Source: Nitrosopumilus sp. (GTDB lineage: Archaea; Thermoproteota; Nitrososphaeria; Nitrososphaerales; Nitrosopumilaceae). From it: a stretch of DNA of 64,000 bases. The stretch lies in assembly GCA_965197525.1 (NCBI GenBank), contig OZ240211.1:1760001-1824000 (forward strand), read 5' to 3'. This document shows, piece by piece, positions 51,001 to 61,782 of this stretch. Each line of letters begins with the position of its first letter. Position 1 is the first letter of the stretch. A model generated the notes under the pieces. It worked only from the letters and a program-made list of their open reading frames with translations, was not told the origin of the DNA and made no database searches. Both the position numbers and the translations under genes were made by a program.

Positions 51001-52585
51001 GCCACACAGGACGGCACATACAACCTTGATCTGATATCGTCAGGACACGGCATCGAAGACGAATCAAACAATCCACTAACAGACGTGACTCCAACTACAG
51101 GTACTGACGAGACGTATACCGTCAATACTGTACCTGCTGACACCACTGCGCCAACACTATCATCAATTGAGCGGTACAATCCATCTACAGAAAACACCGA
51201 CAACCAGACGCTGACCTACAAGGTGATCTTCAGCGAGGATGTCACCGGAGTGGACACGACTGACTTTACCCTGTCTTCTGATAGCACGGGCGGATCAAGC
51301 TCTGCCCAGTTCACACAGACACGTTCTCCTGCCATTGCCATAACTGCAGCTAACACCATAACAGATACCATTACAGTTACCGGCTCTGGTACTGTTATGT
51401 CAGTCTCTGTCGCCGTGGATGTCTCCCACACGTACAAAGGCGATCTCAAGGTTGATCTTATTGCACCTGATGGAACCATCAAGACCGTCCACAACCGCTC
51501 TGGAGGCAGCGCCGATGACATAGACCAGACATACACACCAGACTTTGCAGGCGTTCCAATTGCAGGTATCTGGACGCTACAGATAAACGACAACTATGCC
51601 ACCGCAGACGACGGCACCCTGAACAGCTGGACGCTTACGATCAATCCTGATAGTAAGTAGTGGTACATCAAACCCTGTAACATCGATCTCAGGTTCTGGC
51701 GACACGTACCAAGTGACGGTTTCGGCCACACAGGACGGCACATACAACCTTGATCTGATATCGTCAGGACACGGCATCGAAGACGAATCAAACAATCCAC
51801 TAACAGACGTGACTCCAACTACAGGTACTGACGAGACGTATACCGTCAATACTGTACCTGCTGACACCACTGCGCCAACACTATCATCAATTGAGCGGTA
51901 CAATCCATCTACAGAAAACACCGACAACCAGACGCTGACCTACAAGGTGATCTTCAGCGAGGATGTCACCGGAGTGGACACGACTGACTTTACCCTGTCT
52001 TCTGATAGCACGGGCGGATCAAGCTCTGCCCAGTTCACACAGACACGTTCTCCTGCCATTGCCATAACTGCAGCTAACACCATAACAGATACCATTACAG
52101 TCCCAGATTCTGGCACTGTTACGTCAGTCTCTGTCGCCGTGGACGTCTCCCACACGTACAAAGGCGACCTCAAGATAGATCTTATTGCACCTGATGGAAC
52201 CATCAAGACCGTCCACAACCGCTCTGGAGGCAGCGCCGATGACATAGACCAGACATACACACCAGACTTTGCAGGCGTTCCAATTGCAGGTATCTGGACG
52301 CTACAGATAAACGACAACTATGCAGCTGCCGATGACGGTACCCTGAACAGCTGGACGCTTACGATCAATCCTGGTAGCAGCAGCAGTAGCAGCGATACGT
52401 CAAACCCTGTAACATCGATCTCAGGTTCTGGCAATACGTATTACGTGACAGTCTCTGCTGTACAGGACGGCACATACAATCTTGATCTGGTGTCATCAGG
52501 GCACGGTATAACGGATGAATCAAGCAACCCGTTGACCGACACCGTTTCCACCGGAGCGGATCACACCTACACAGTTGGTGTGTAG
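45040..52585 (+). CDS. Giant surface protein/adhesin: BspA-like DUF285 repeats, PKD/Ig-like domains, 6 x (Ig-like + proprotein-convertase P-domain) modules; one-base frameshift near 51655
   Basis: ORFs 45040..51660 and 51713..52585 join if the extra A in GATAGTAAGTAG (other copies GATAGTAGTAG) is removed; xISSWDVSxVTDM repeats; P-domain motif VDVSHTYKGDLKVDLIAPDG...GxWTL.I.D. Confidence 0.82.
46785..47600 (+). repeat. 75-bp (25-aa) DUF285 repeats, about 11 units
   Basis: Ten ISSWDVS cores plus a capping unit. Confidence 0.9.
48226..52585 (+). repeat. 723-bp tandem module x6
   Basis: Antisense shadow ORFs recur at 49425, 50148, 50871 and 51594 (723-bp spacing); middle copies are almost identical. 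Confidence 0.92.
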
Positions 52586-52813
52586 TTGGTGGATTATATA
52601 CATATGTAACTAGTTTGTTCAGGTTGCAAATGTGACAACAATGCACGATGACAGGTTAAGGCATTCAAACTAAAGTGCGCTAAGCACAGTTTCGCATAGG
52701 GGTCGATCCATCACTTGGACTACGACGAGGATGTTTTTACATGCATTCAAACTAAAGTTATTTTTACTTACATCATGAAAAAAAAAAGATTTAGAATCAC
52801 CGATTCTGTAAAT

Positions 52814-53626
52814 CTAATTTTTGATACTGCCATCAATCTGTAGCAGTATCTCATCGAGAACCTTTTGATTTGCAGCAGCAATAAATGACAATCTTGTCTC
52901 ATAACTCAGATCCCCGTCAAGCGGTTTTAGATCTGCATCTAGCAGTAATCCTTCTGCCTCTTTGATAATTATATAACCTGCAGCAATATCTTGAACTCTG
53001 ATCTTATCTCTCCAATCAATAAAGATATCCATCACCCCTCTTGCAAACAATGCCATCTCCAAAGCGTTTGCACCAAAGTGTCTGATATGATTATGATTCT
53101 CAAATATTGGATATAACTTTCTCACAAGCTCTTCAGTTGCGCCTGACGTATTGACTCCAACTATTTTGTATATTGGTTCCTTTTTGTGCACTGTAATCCG
53201 GGTATTGTCAAAAAATGCACCCTTGCCCTTTGATGCCCAATACATCTCTCCATTTGATAGATTCATGATGACCCCGTCAGTGATTGAACTCAGGCTGTTA
53301 TCTGTTGCAAATGCTAGAGAACTACAAAAGAATGGCACTCCACGTACTGCGTTTGCAGAACCGTCAATTGCATCCATAATGACAAATCCGTCTGGATTCT
53401 CTGAAAATTCTACGCGTCCACACTCTTCACCTAAAACCGTACCTTTGAATCCCATCTCTTTTAGGTAGTCAAGAACCGTCTTCTCTGCAACGATGTCTAT
53501 ATTTCGTGAAATATCTCCTCCTGCACCAACGCCAAAATCGCCTGCAGCTTCTTGCGTTCCTGCTAGATCTTTTACATTTTCATAAATCTTTTTTGAAGCC
53601 TCTTTGAGAATTTCTAACATATCCAC
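52814..53626 (-). CDS. Inositol monophosphatase / fructose-1,6-bisphosphatase family protein
   Basis: LGEE, MDAIDGSANA, RHFGANALE, QDIAAG. Confidence 0.9.
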   Translation of the reverse strand: MDMLEILKEASKKIYENVKDLAGTQEAAGDFGVGAGGDISRNIDIVAEKTVLDYLKEMGFKGTVLGEECGRVEFSENPDGFVIMDAIDGSANAVRGVPFFCSSLAFATDNSLSSITDGVIMNLSNGEMYWASKGKGAFFDNTRITVHKKEPIYKIVGVNTSGATEELVRKLYPIFENHNHIRHFGANALEMALFARGVMDIFIDWRDKIRVQDIAAGYIIIKEAEGLLLDADLKPLDGDLSYETRLSFIAAANQKVLDEILLQIDGSIKN

Positions 53627-53729
53627 GCAGTCAATCTAGTTAATCGTAATTTAAGTCAAGGAGGATCTGAGGAATTAAGAGAAGAGTTTGTTTTGAAAGC
53701 ATAAATAACAATCCACAGTCTTAACATTT

Positions 53730-54884
53730 GTGAGTAGCAAAGACCAGTCAGTTTTTAGCAAAAGGGCATTGATGAGTACAAAACCTGGAAAACAGATATT
53801 AATACAGGCCATGTTCAAATCTAAAGGTTACAAACTATTTAACAAATACAAAGATGAGACTGAACTTGAATTTCCAAACTTTGCCCAACGATTTGCACAT
53901 GGACTATTGCAACAAATAAAATCCGATACTGACCCTAACTCCACACAACAAGCGTTTGGTAATGAAGTTGGTTCAACTGAGATAATACTAAACGCATCTG
54001 AGATTGACCCTATAAAATCAAAATTAGAAGACTTGGATGTACTTCAAGATCGAGTCAATCGAATCTTAAATTCCAATTTTGTAAAGATGACGTTTCCAGT
54101 ATTTAATGCACTGTTTGATGGTGCATCTAATTACTCTGGAAGGGATGATCCTCAATTAAAACAAGATATGGTTGAAGGCCACATTCTTGCCATCGATCTT
54201 AGTGAACCAATGGATAGAATTGTAGATAAAGACGAAGATCTTGATTTTCTTGATGATTATAAACTGATGAATCCCTATATTCTAAAACTCGCAAGGGACA
54301 AAATCTCAAAGGGCGGAGATCTAGTTCTCAAAGAATTTGAGGAAGGGTTCAAAGATGCACGAGTCGGTCAATATCTTGATGAAAAATTAAAATCACAACC
54401 AACAGAGATCACTGATGAAAAAATGATCCTCTCTTACAAAAAATACCGTGCTGTGATGGGCACTGCGGGAAGAAACATGGCGCTCTCTGAACGACCATTA
54501 GGTGAGATATTCTATCTAGGTATGGCAAGAGCTGCAGAAGGTGTAGGATGTGGAAATGAGATAGAAGACTCTATTAAAAATGGATTTGTCAAAATTCCTT
54601 CTTGGCCGCTTTATTATTCGCTGTTAACTGATGACGTAAAAAGAGGGTTTGAAATTACTTTGGATAAAAGTAATCTGTATCTGCAAGACGCTCGCCTAGC
54701 CCTTGAATTACTGCCTGAAGGATTCTCTCATAAAGATTTTCTATCATTTCTATTTTTGACTGTAGAGCACTATAATCAATACTGGTACAACAAACTACAA
54801 AAGGCCAACATGTGGTCTGACTTTAAATCTAAACTTCCTAGTCGTAGTAGTAATAATAGCAGTGGTAACATTGATGTGGTCTGA
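53730..54884 (+). CDS. Conserved hypothetical alpha-helical protein
   Basis: 384-aa ORF with host-like composition, overlapping the rfcL start. Confidence 0.75.
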   Translation: MSSKDQSVFSKRALMSTKPGKQILIQAMFKSKGYKLFNKYKDETELEFPNFAQRFAHGLLQQIKSDTDPNSTQQAFGNEVGSTEIILNASEIDPIKSKLEDLDVLQDRVNRILNSNFVKMTFPVFNALFDGASNYSGRDDPQLKQDMVEGHILAIDLSEPMDRIVDKDEDLDFLDDYKLMNPYILKLARDKISKGGDLVLKEFEEGFKDARVGQYLDEKLKSQPTEITDEKMILSYKKYRAVMGTAGRNMALSERPLGEIFYLGMARAAEGVGCGNEIEDSIKNGFVKIPSWPLYYSLLTDDVKRGFEITLDKSNLYLQDARLALELLPEGFSHKDFLSFLFLTVEHYNQYWYNKLQKANMWSDFKSKLPSRSSNNSSGNIDVV

Positions 54885-56031
54885 AAAGTACAGGCCTGAA
54901 CACATCTCTGATATGGTAGGAAATGAACAGGCACGAGCGTCAGTCATTGAATGGTTTACTAAGTGGAAAAAGGGCACAAAACCACTACTTTTAGTGGGTC
55001 CCCCCGGAATTGGCAAGACAACTATTGCAAATATTATATCTACACAATTCGGCTATGATACAATCGGGCTTAATGCAAGTGATGCTAGAAGCAAGTCTAG
55101 AATAAACGAGATTCTTCTCCCCGTGCTGGGAAATGTAAGCGTGTTGGGAACTCCCATGATCTTCATCGATGAGGTTGACGGAATTCATGGCCGCAGTGAT
55201 TTTGGAGGGGCAGCAGCACTAGTTGACGTATTAAAGGAACCTACAGTGCCAATCATTCTTGCCGCAAACAGCGATACAGCTGACAAGATGAAGAATATCA
55301 AAAAAGCAACCAAGACAGTCTACTTTAAAAAAATTCCTCCTCGTCTGTTACACGTTTATCTTCAAAGCATCCTAAGTAGACAGGGCGTAACACTAAGTCC
55401 TGGCTCTTTAGTCAAAGTCATTGATCGTTCCCGCGGTGACATTCGTTCCATGATAAATCTTGCACAATCATTGGTTACTGGATTCAACCCTCAGACTGAT
55501 CAGTCTTTTGAGAATCTTGACGTTGAAGCTGGCATAAATGCATTCTTTAAAGCAAATTCTATTGAAGAGGCAAAAAGTGTATTGTACTCTATGCAAATTG
55601 ATCCTAGAAATAAGATTAATGCATTTTATTCAAGCATAATAACCAGCAAGTTAGATGATGGCACGCTTGCCAAATACTTGCAGGTCTTATCTGATGCTGA
55701 CATACTATTAGGTAAGATAATGAAGACGCAGAATTGGCGATTGTTACGATATCTCAATGATATCCTAATACGTCTATACCAAAAGGACGCCCAAGTGCGT
55801 TATTCTCAGTACAATCTGTCTTGGCCGTTACTTAATAGAATTCGTTGGGACGGTGCCAAAATCAAGTCATTATCATCTATTATGGCAAAACAGTTGCATC
55901 TGTCATCAAGTGCGTTTGTAACACTGTGCCTGCCTTTTGTTTTATTCTGTATTAAACACAAGACCCTGCAATTGGACTTGGAGGAGACATTTGCTGACAT
56001 TATCAAAAAAGAGATAGAGATGATACCATGA
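54862..56031 (+). CDS. rfcL: Replication factor C large subunit
   Basis: WSEKYRP, GPPGIGKTT, LNASDARS, IDEVDG, RGDIR. Confidence 0.88.
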   Translation: MVTLMWSEKYRPEHISDMVGNEQARASVIEWFTKWKKGTKPLLLVGPPGIGKTTIANIISTQFGYDTIGLNASDARSKSRINEILLPVLGNVSVLGTPMIFIDEVDGIHGRSDFGGAAALVDVLKEPTVPIILAANSDTADKMKNIKKATKTVYFKKIPPRLLHVYLQSILSRQGVTLSPGSLVKVIDRSRGDIRSMINLAQSLVTGFNPQTDQSFENLDVEAGINAFFKANSIEEAKSVLYSMQIDPRNKINAFYSSIITSKLDDGTLAKYLQVLSDADILLGKIMKTQNWRLLRYLNDILIRLYQKDAQVRYSQYNLSWPLLNRIRWDGAKIKSLSSIMAKQLHLSSSAFVTLCLPFVLFCIKHKTLQLDLEETFADIIKKEIEMIP

Positions 56032-56345
56032 GCTGGATAAAGATGACAATGAGATTTCCAGGTATGTGTATCGTATGTCACAAACCAGTACCTGCAAAAG
56101 AGATTGGTTTTTGGGCAAAAGGATTGGGAGTAAAACATGAAAAATGTGCTGTACCTGATACGCAGGAACTGCAGTGTGGTGTATGTGGTGCATCAGCTGG
56201 TTGTGCCATATGTGAGTTCAGTGACGTCTGTGATATTCCAAATGTATCTCAGTCATGTATATGCAAAAAGTGCAGTACGGATAAAAAGGCGTTTGATCTT
56301 TACAAAATGGCTGTAAACAAAAAATTCCCTCATCTAAACACTTGA
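56028..56345 (+). CDS. Cys-rich putative zinc-finger protein
   Basis: CIVC...HEKC, CGVC...CAIC...C...CICKKC; 4-bp overlap with rfcL. Confidence 0.75.
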   Translation: MSWIKMTMRFPGMCIVCHKPVPAKEIGFWAKGLGVKHEKCAVPDTQELQCGVCGASAGCAICEFSDVCDIPNVSQSCICKKCSTDKKAFDLYKMAVNKKFPHLNT

Positions 56346-56397
56346 CTACAACATGATGTTAATTTACGTGTAGTTATCTCCATTAACATCTGAATAT

Positions 56398-56856
56398 TTG
56401 GTATTTTTGAAACTATGCTATGAGAATTCATCTGGAATTTTTAACGATCTTGATTTTATGCTCCCAACTAATAATACAGGAGAACCTCTCTCTTACAAGG
56501 TTTATAACCATATTGTGTATATTTTTTGTATGTCTGTTGATGTAACGCCTAAATTGAGAGCGTTATGCGACGTCTTGAAGAATTTTTCTGAGTTTATGGT
56601 ACTGTTGAGTAAAACGAGTCAAAAACATCAAATGTCAATTGGTGAAGTTGGTAATTTCCGTTCCCTAAACATCTCTCCACAAGATTTAACAAAATCCGTA
56701 CCCCCTGAAAAGTTAGGATTTGTAATAGGTGCAATGACTGACATGCAGGCACTCACCGAAATGAATAATTTTATGAATTGCACTTCTGAGGAACTTGATG
56801 AACTTGGTGATGGATTGGATACGGTAATGCATAAACTTGAACATGGGTTGGAATAG
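56398..56856 (+). CDS. Hypothetical protein (start probably near 56530, MSVDVTPK)
   Basis: ORF abuts the downstream HEAT gene. Confidence 0.55.
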   Translation: MVFLKLCYENSSGIFNDLDFMLPTNNTGEPLSYKVYNHIVYIFCMSVDVTPKLRALCDVLKNFSEFMVLLSKTSQKHQMSIGEVGNFRSLNISPQDLTKSVPPEKLGFVIGAMTDMQALTEMNNFMNCTSEELDELGDGLDTVMHKLEHGLE

Positions 56857-57396
56857 ATGGTTGAGATAAATGATTCAACGTTGTCACAGATGGAGGACAA
56901 TGTCACCAATATTTTTAATGGGATGCAGAATGGTGTATTCAGTGTATTTGATAAAAACATGCCAGAACATAAACAGGAAGACATGATAGTAGATGCGTTG
57001 CTACGTCTACGCGATAATGCAATGAATGAGACATTTGAGGATGGTATGGACACTAAATTTAGCATCGGTTTGAGAACTATAATCCAAAACTGCGGCACAC
57101 CCTCTATTAAAGCACTTGATAAGGCAATGCCGTTGGAGACAACAAGCGCTACGATCATGGAGGAACTATTGAGGCAAATTGGTAATATGGATGATCCTCC
57201 TACTCACAAACTCCGATTGGCACTCTTAGAGCGCGCATTAGAGTCTCCTGACTCTCGTATTCGCGATGCTGCTACAATAGGGATGGATGCTATGGGCGAT
57301 CCTAAAGCAATCCCCAGTATCAAAAAGGCAATCGCCTGCGAACCAGACGAATGGATACGAAAAAATCTCAAGACAATACTTGAACAATTAGAATAA
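56857..57396 (+). CDS. HEAT-repeat protein
   Basis: ETFEDGM...RLALLERALESPDSRIRDAATIGMDAMGDPKAIPSIKKAIACEPDEWIR. Confidence 0.8.
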   Translation: MVEINDSTLSQMEDNVTNIFNGMQNGVFSVFDKNMPEHKQEDMIVDALLRLRDNAMNETFEDGMDTKFSIGLRTIIQNCGTPSIKALDKAMPLETTSATIMEELLRQIGNMDDPPTHKLRLALLERALESPDSRIRDAATIGMDAMGDPKAIPSIKKAIACEPDEWIRKNLKTILEQLE

Positions 57397-57775
57397 TTAT
57401 CATGAGACATTTCCTACGACTTATAGGCCTACGAGATGGTGTGGATCCCACACCACGAATTGGCTTGGCAATAATGTTCCAGACGTTCATGACAAGAAGA
57501 TCTTGTATGATGTCCTGTAATAAAATAGAACCAAGAGAAACCTATTTTTTCGATCAATCCCCATCTATATCCTGCACAATGTTAGGCATTCTGTTTCTTT
57601 TAAAAGCCCGAATTGACATACCATCCCTGTAATCAGCAGGATTTAGCCTCATAATGTATCTAATCGCATATTTGTGTCTAATTACGGATGATATCTCTTG
57701 TATATGTCACCATTACATAATTTTTCTTTTATTCTGTTTAAATTAATATATGAAACTATTTTATCGTACACTGTT

Positions 57776-59323
57776 ATGCACTCTGAAAAGATTGAAGGGT
57801 ATTCTAAAAAGACAAATACTGCATTACAAGGCGGAGGCAAGGATCGGATTGATGCCCAACATGAAAAGGGCAAACTTACTGCGCGTGAACGAATTAATCT
57901 ATTACTAGATGAAGGTACATTCACAGAAGTTGATCCGTTAACTACACATCATTATCACGAGTATGACATGCAGAAGAAGAAATTCTTCACAGACGGCGTT
58001 GTTGGTGGATATGGTAATGTCTTTGGCAGACAGATCTTTGTCTTTGCGTATGATTTTACTGTTCTCGGAGGCACGTTAAGCCAGATGGGATCTAAAAAAA
58101 TCACTAAACTAATGAAACATGCAGTTAAAACCGGATGTCCAATTATCGGAATAATGGATTCTGGCGGCGCAAGAATCCAAGAAGGAATAATGAGCCTTGA
58201 TGGCTTTGCAGATATATTCTATCACAATCAATTAGCATCTGGTGTAATCCCACAAATTACTGCTAGCATAGGGCCGTCTGCTGGCGGTTCTGTGTACTCT
58301 CCTGCAATAACTGATTTTGTAATTATGGTCGAAAAAGTTGGTACAATGTTTGTTACCGGACCTGACGTAGTCAAAACCGTATTAGGTGAGGACATCTCCT
58401 TTGATGATCTTGGTGGTGCAATGACCCATGGTTCAAAGAGCGGCGTTGCACATTTTGTAGCACAAAACGAATACGAGTGTATGGATTACATCAAAAAACT
58501 GATATCCTATATCCCTCAAAACAATACTCAAAGTCCTCCCAAGATTGCTACTGATGATGATCCAAATCGGTTGGATCATAATTTAATCAACATCATTCCC
58601 GTAAATCCATTACAGCCTTATGACATGAAAGAGATAATACATTCAATTGTTGATAACAACGAGTTCTTTGAAATTCATGAATTGTTTGCTCCAAATATTA
58701 TTGTAGGCTATGCTAGAATGAATGGCTCAGCTGTTGGAATTGTTGCAAATCAACCAATACACCTTGCAGGTGCACTGGATATTGACTCTTCAAACAAAGC
58801 TGCACGTTTTATACGATTCTGTGATGCCTTTAACATTCCCCTTATCACTCTAGTTGATACCCCTGGATATATGCCAGGTTCCAATCAAGAGCACAATGGT
58901 ATAATCAGACATGGTAGTAAACTACTCTATGCGTACTGTGAGGCTACTGTTCCTAGAATCACTCTAGTTATTGGCAAGGCATACGGAGGCGCGTACATTG
59001 CAATGGGAAGTAAGAATCTTAGAACTGATGTCAACTATGCATGGCCTACTGCTAGATGTGCTGTTTTAGGAGGTGAGGCAGCTGTCAGAATCATGTACCG
59101 AAAAGAACTTGATGCATCAAAGAACACAGAGGCACTCAAAAAACAATTAATTGATGAATTTACCGAGAAATTTGAAAATCCATACGTTGCAGCATCGCAT
59201 GGAACAGTTGACAACGTAATTGATCCAGCTCAAACTAGACCAATGTTGATCAAGGCACTTCAAATGCTTGAAAACAAAAGAGAGAAGCAACTTCCAAGAA
59301 AGCATGGAAACATTAACCTGTGA
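57776..59323 (+). CDS. pccB: Acetyl-/propionyl-CoA carboxylase, carboxyltransferase subunit
   Basis: GKLTARERI, DSGGARIQEG, VDTPGYMPG, KAYGGAY; likely start MHSEKIE at 57776. Confidence 0.96.
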   Translation: MHSEKIEGYSKKTNTALQGGGKDRIDAQHEKGKLTARERINLLLDEGTFTEVDPLTTHHYHEYDMQKKKFFTDGVVGGYGNVFGRQIFVFAYDFTVLGGTLSQMGSKKITKLMKHAVKTGCPIIGIMDSGGARIQEGIMSLDGFADIFYHNQLASGVIPQITASIGPSAGGSVYSPAITDFVIMVEKVGTMFVTGPDVVKTVLGEDISFDDLGGAMTHGSKSGVAHFVAQNEYECMDYIKKLISYIPQNNTQSPPKIATDDDPNRLDHNLINIIPVNPLQPYDMKEIIHSIVDNNEFFEIHELFAPNIIVGYARMNGSAVGIVANQPIHLAGALDIDSSNKAARFIRFCDAFNIPLITLVDTPGYMPGSNQEHNGIIRHGSKLLYAYCEATVPRITLVIGKAYGGAYIAMGSKNLRTDVNYAWPTARCAVLGGEAAVRIMYRKELDASKNTEALKKQLIDEFTEKFENPYVAASHGTVDNVIDPAQTRPMLIKALQMLENKREKQLPRKHGNINL

Positions 59324-59329
59324 TTTGAT

Positions 59330-60841
59330 ATGATAGAAAAAGTACTTGTTGCAAACCGAGGCGAAATAGCGTTACGTGTCATTCGAACATGCAAGTTGCT
59401 AGGAATTAAAACAGTAGCAATCTATTCTGATGAGGATTACAACTCTATGCATGTAAAACAAGCTAGTGAAGCATATCACATTGGAGAGGCAGCCCCTGCA
59501 AGTTCATACCTTAACCAAGAAAAGATACTAGAGGTTATTCTCAAATCTGGTGCTGATGCCGTTCATCCTGGTTATGGTTTTCTCTCCGAGAATGACGATT
59601 TTGCAAGATTATGTGAGCAAAACAACATTATCTTTATCGGTCCAACTGCCGATTCCATGAATCTATGTGGAGACAAGATGAAGTGCAAAGCTGCAATGCT
59701 CAAGGCTAATGTTCCAACAGTTCCTGGCAGTCCTGGCCTTGTAAAGGATGCAGATGATGCGCTACAAATTGCAAACAAGATAGGATATCCTGTCATGTTA
59801 AAGTCGGTGTATGGCGGAGGTGGTCGTGGAATTCGTATAGTTCGTAACGATCAAGAGCTGCGCGATGGCTATGATTCAGTCACAGGCGAATCGATTGCCG
59901 CTGTAGGCAAATCTGCAATTCTCGTAGAAAAGTTCCTAGAGAAGACAAGACATATCGAATACCAGTTTGCACGAGACACCCATGGCAACACAGTTCACAT
60001 ATTTGAGCGGGAATGCTCGATTCAGAGACGTAATCAGAAATTAATTGAACAGACCCCCTCACCTGTAGTTGATGAAAAGACAAGAGAACGTGTGGGCAAA
60101 CTGGTCTGCGATGCAGCAGTCGCAGTTGGTTATACCAATCTGGGCACTGCTGAATTTCTCAGATCTGATGATGGAGAGTTTTACTTTATTGAGATTAACG
60201 CACGACTGCAAGTAGAGCATCCAATCACTGAATTTGTTTCAGGATTAGACTTGGTTAAACTACAACTAGATATTGCAAACGGCGAGCCTATTCCATTTAA
60301 ACAAAAAGATCTCAAGATGAATGGCTATGCAATAGAATGCAGAATTAATGCCGAAGACACTTTTCTTGATTTTGCCCCCTCTACTGGTCCTGTTCCTGAC
60401 GTACAGATTCCTGCAGGACCTAGTGTGCGGTGCGACACTTATCTGTATCCTGGGTGCTCTGTATCGCCATTTTATGACTCACTTATGGCAAAACTTGTTA
60501 CGTGGGGGCAGACGTTTGAAGAGTCCCGCACTAGAATGCTTTCTGCTTTAAATGACTTTTACATTGAAGGTGTAGAGACCTCGATTCCACTCTACAAGAC
60601 AATCCTTGATTCTGATGAATACAAAAATGGAAACTTGTCTACTGACTTTCTCAAGCGCTATGATATGATTAATAGATTAACTGCTGATCTTCAAAAAGAG
60701 AGAGAAGATAACATTCAACCGGCATTGGCTGCTGCAATAATTCACTCTGAATACTTTAAGAGCAAAGTGCAGAATAATGCTACTACTGGTGCTACTACTA
60801 TTGACAACGGCGCTTCTAACTGGAAATATAGATTGGATTGA
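59330..60841 (+). CDS. accC: Biotin carboxylase subunit
   Basis: ANRGEIA, HPGYGFLSEN, ECSIQRRNQK, RLQVEH. Confidence 0.96.
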   Translation: MIEKVLVANRGEIALRVIRTCKLLGIKTVAIYSDEDYNSMHVKQASEAYHIGEAAPASSYLNQEKILEVILKSGADAVHPGYGFLSENDDFARLCEQNNIIFIGPTADSMNLCGDKMKCKAAMLKANVPTVPGSPGLVKDADDALQIANKIGYPVMLKSVYGGGGRGIRIVRNDQELRDGYDSVTGESIAAVGKSAILVEKFLEKTRHIEYQFARDTHGNTVHIFERECSIQRRNQKLIEQTPSPVVDEKTRERVGKLVCDAAVAVGYTNLGTAEFLRSDDGEFYFIEINARLQVEHPITEFVSGLDLVKLQLDIANGEPIPFKQKDLKMNGYAIECRINAEDTFLDFAPSTGPVPDVQIPAGPSVRCDTYLYPGCSVSPFYDSLMAKLVTWGQTFEESRTRMLSALNDFYIEGVETSIPLYKTILDSDEYKNGNLSTDFLKRYDMINRLTADLQKEREDNIQPALAAAIIHSEYFKSKVQNNATTGATTIDNGASNWKYRLD

Positions 60842-60846
60842 TGTAA

Positions 60847-61359
60847 ATGAATTACAAAATAAAAGATATAGAAGAATCATTTGATGGCCATATAGAGCAG
60901 AATCTTGGTAATGGTGCTTACATCATTAAAATTAACGATACCGAACATCAATTAAAAATTACATCTATTAGCTCAAACGGAATTGAGTTTATCTTGGATC
61001 AAAAATACCACAAGGCAAAATATCTTGGCAACACTACAAACGAGATGAATCTTGTAGTTAACCATGTTCCTACCACTATCAACTTACATACACACTATGA
61101 CAGCATTGTCTACAAGAACTCTGGCGGTTCAGCAACTGGTAATGCAGAATTATCACTAAAGAGTCAAATTCCAGGCAAAGTCGTATCTCTGGCTGTTGCA
61201 CAAGGCGATACAGTAAAGAAAGGAGACGTCATATGCACTTTGGAATCAATGAAGATGCAAGTTGCCATAAAGGCACACAAAGACGGAGTTGTAAGTATGC
61301 TTAAAATCAAAGAATCTGATACTATTGCCAAAGGCGACGTTATTGCAGAGATTCAATAG
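60847..61359 (+). CDS. accB: Biotin carboxyl carrier protein
   Basis: ESMKM biotinylation motif. Confidence 0.94.
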   Translation: MNYKIKDIEESFDGHIEQNLGNGAYIIKINDTEHQLKITSISSNGIEFILDQKYHKAKYLGNTTNEMNLVVNHVPTTINLHTHYDSIVYKNSGGSATGNAELSLKSQIPGKVVSLAVAQGDTVKKGDVICTLESMKMQVAIKAHKDGVVSMLKIKESDTIAKGDVIAEIQ

Positions 61360-61755
61360 CTGTATTGACAAACCCTGATATCATACAATCAGAACAATGC
61401 TCTGAATCTTTTCTTTACACTGTTTAAAAATTCGAAAGGCTCGTTTTTCTTTTTGATGCATGTGATACCAAAGATTGTATTTTGTACATATGTCAAATGA
61501 TGATGATGGTGGGCTGTTCCAGACTACGATTTGTAAAGATCAAATCTTGTGCTGTAATGAATATTTATCATAACTCTTTTTGGAATTTATCTGATGATTT
61601 CTCATTTGACGCAAATCTATAATTCTTGCAGGTTGGAACTATTACTCTACTGCCAATCTTGAACCCTGCATCAAACTAGTGAACTTTTAAGCAACACCCT
61701 TCTGCATTTTTGTACTTTTTTCTCTATACCTGCTTATTTACAGAGAAATTTATTA

Positions 61756-61782
61756 TTTTTTTTTTTTTTTTTTTTTTTTTTT
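61756..61782 (+). repeat. Poly-T homopolymer (27 nt) flanked by GAGAAATTT direct repeats
   Basis: Seen directly; direct repeats at 61743-61751 and 61783-61791. Confidence 0.85.

Noticed and set aside
45090-52646. Many antisense and alternate-frame ORFs over the adhesin gene
   Set aside because: Shadow ORFs produced by GC-rich, repetitive coding sequence; they recur with the 75-bp and 723-bp periods.
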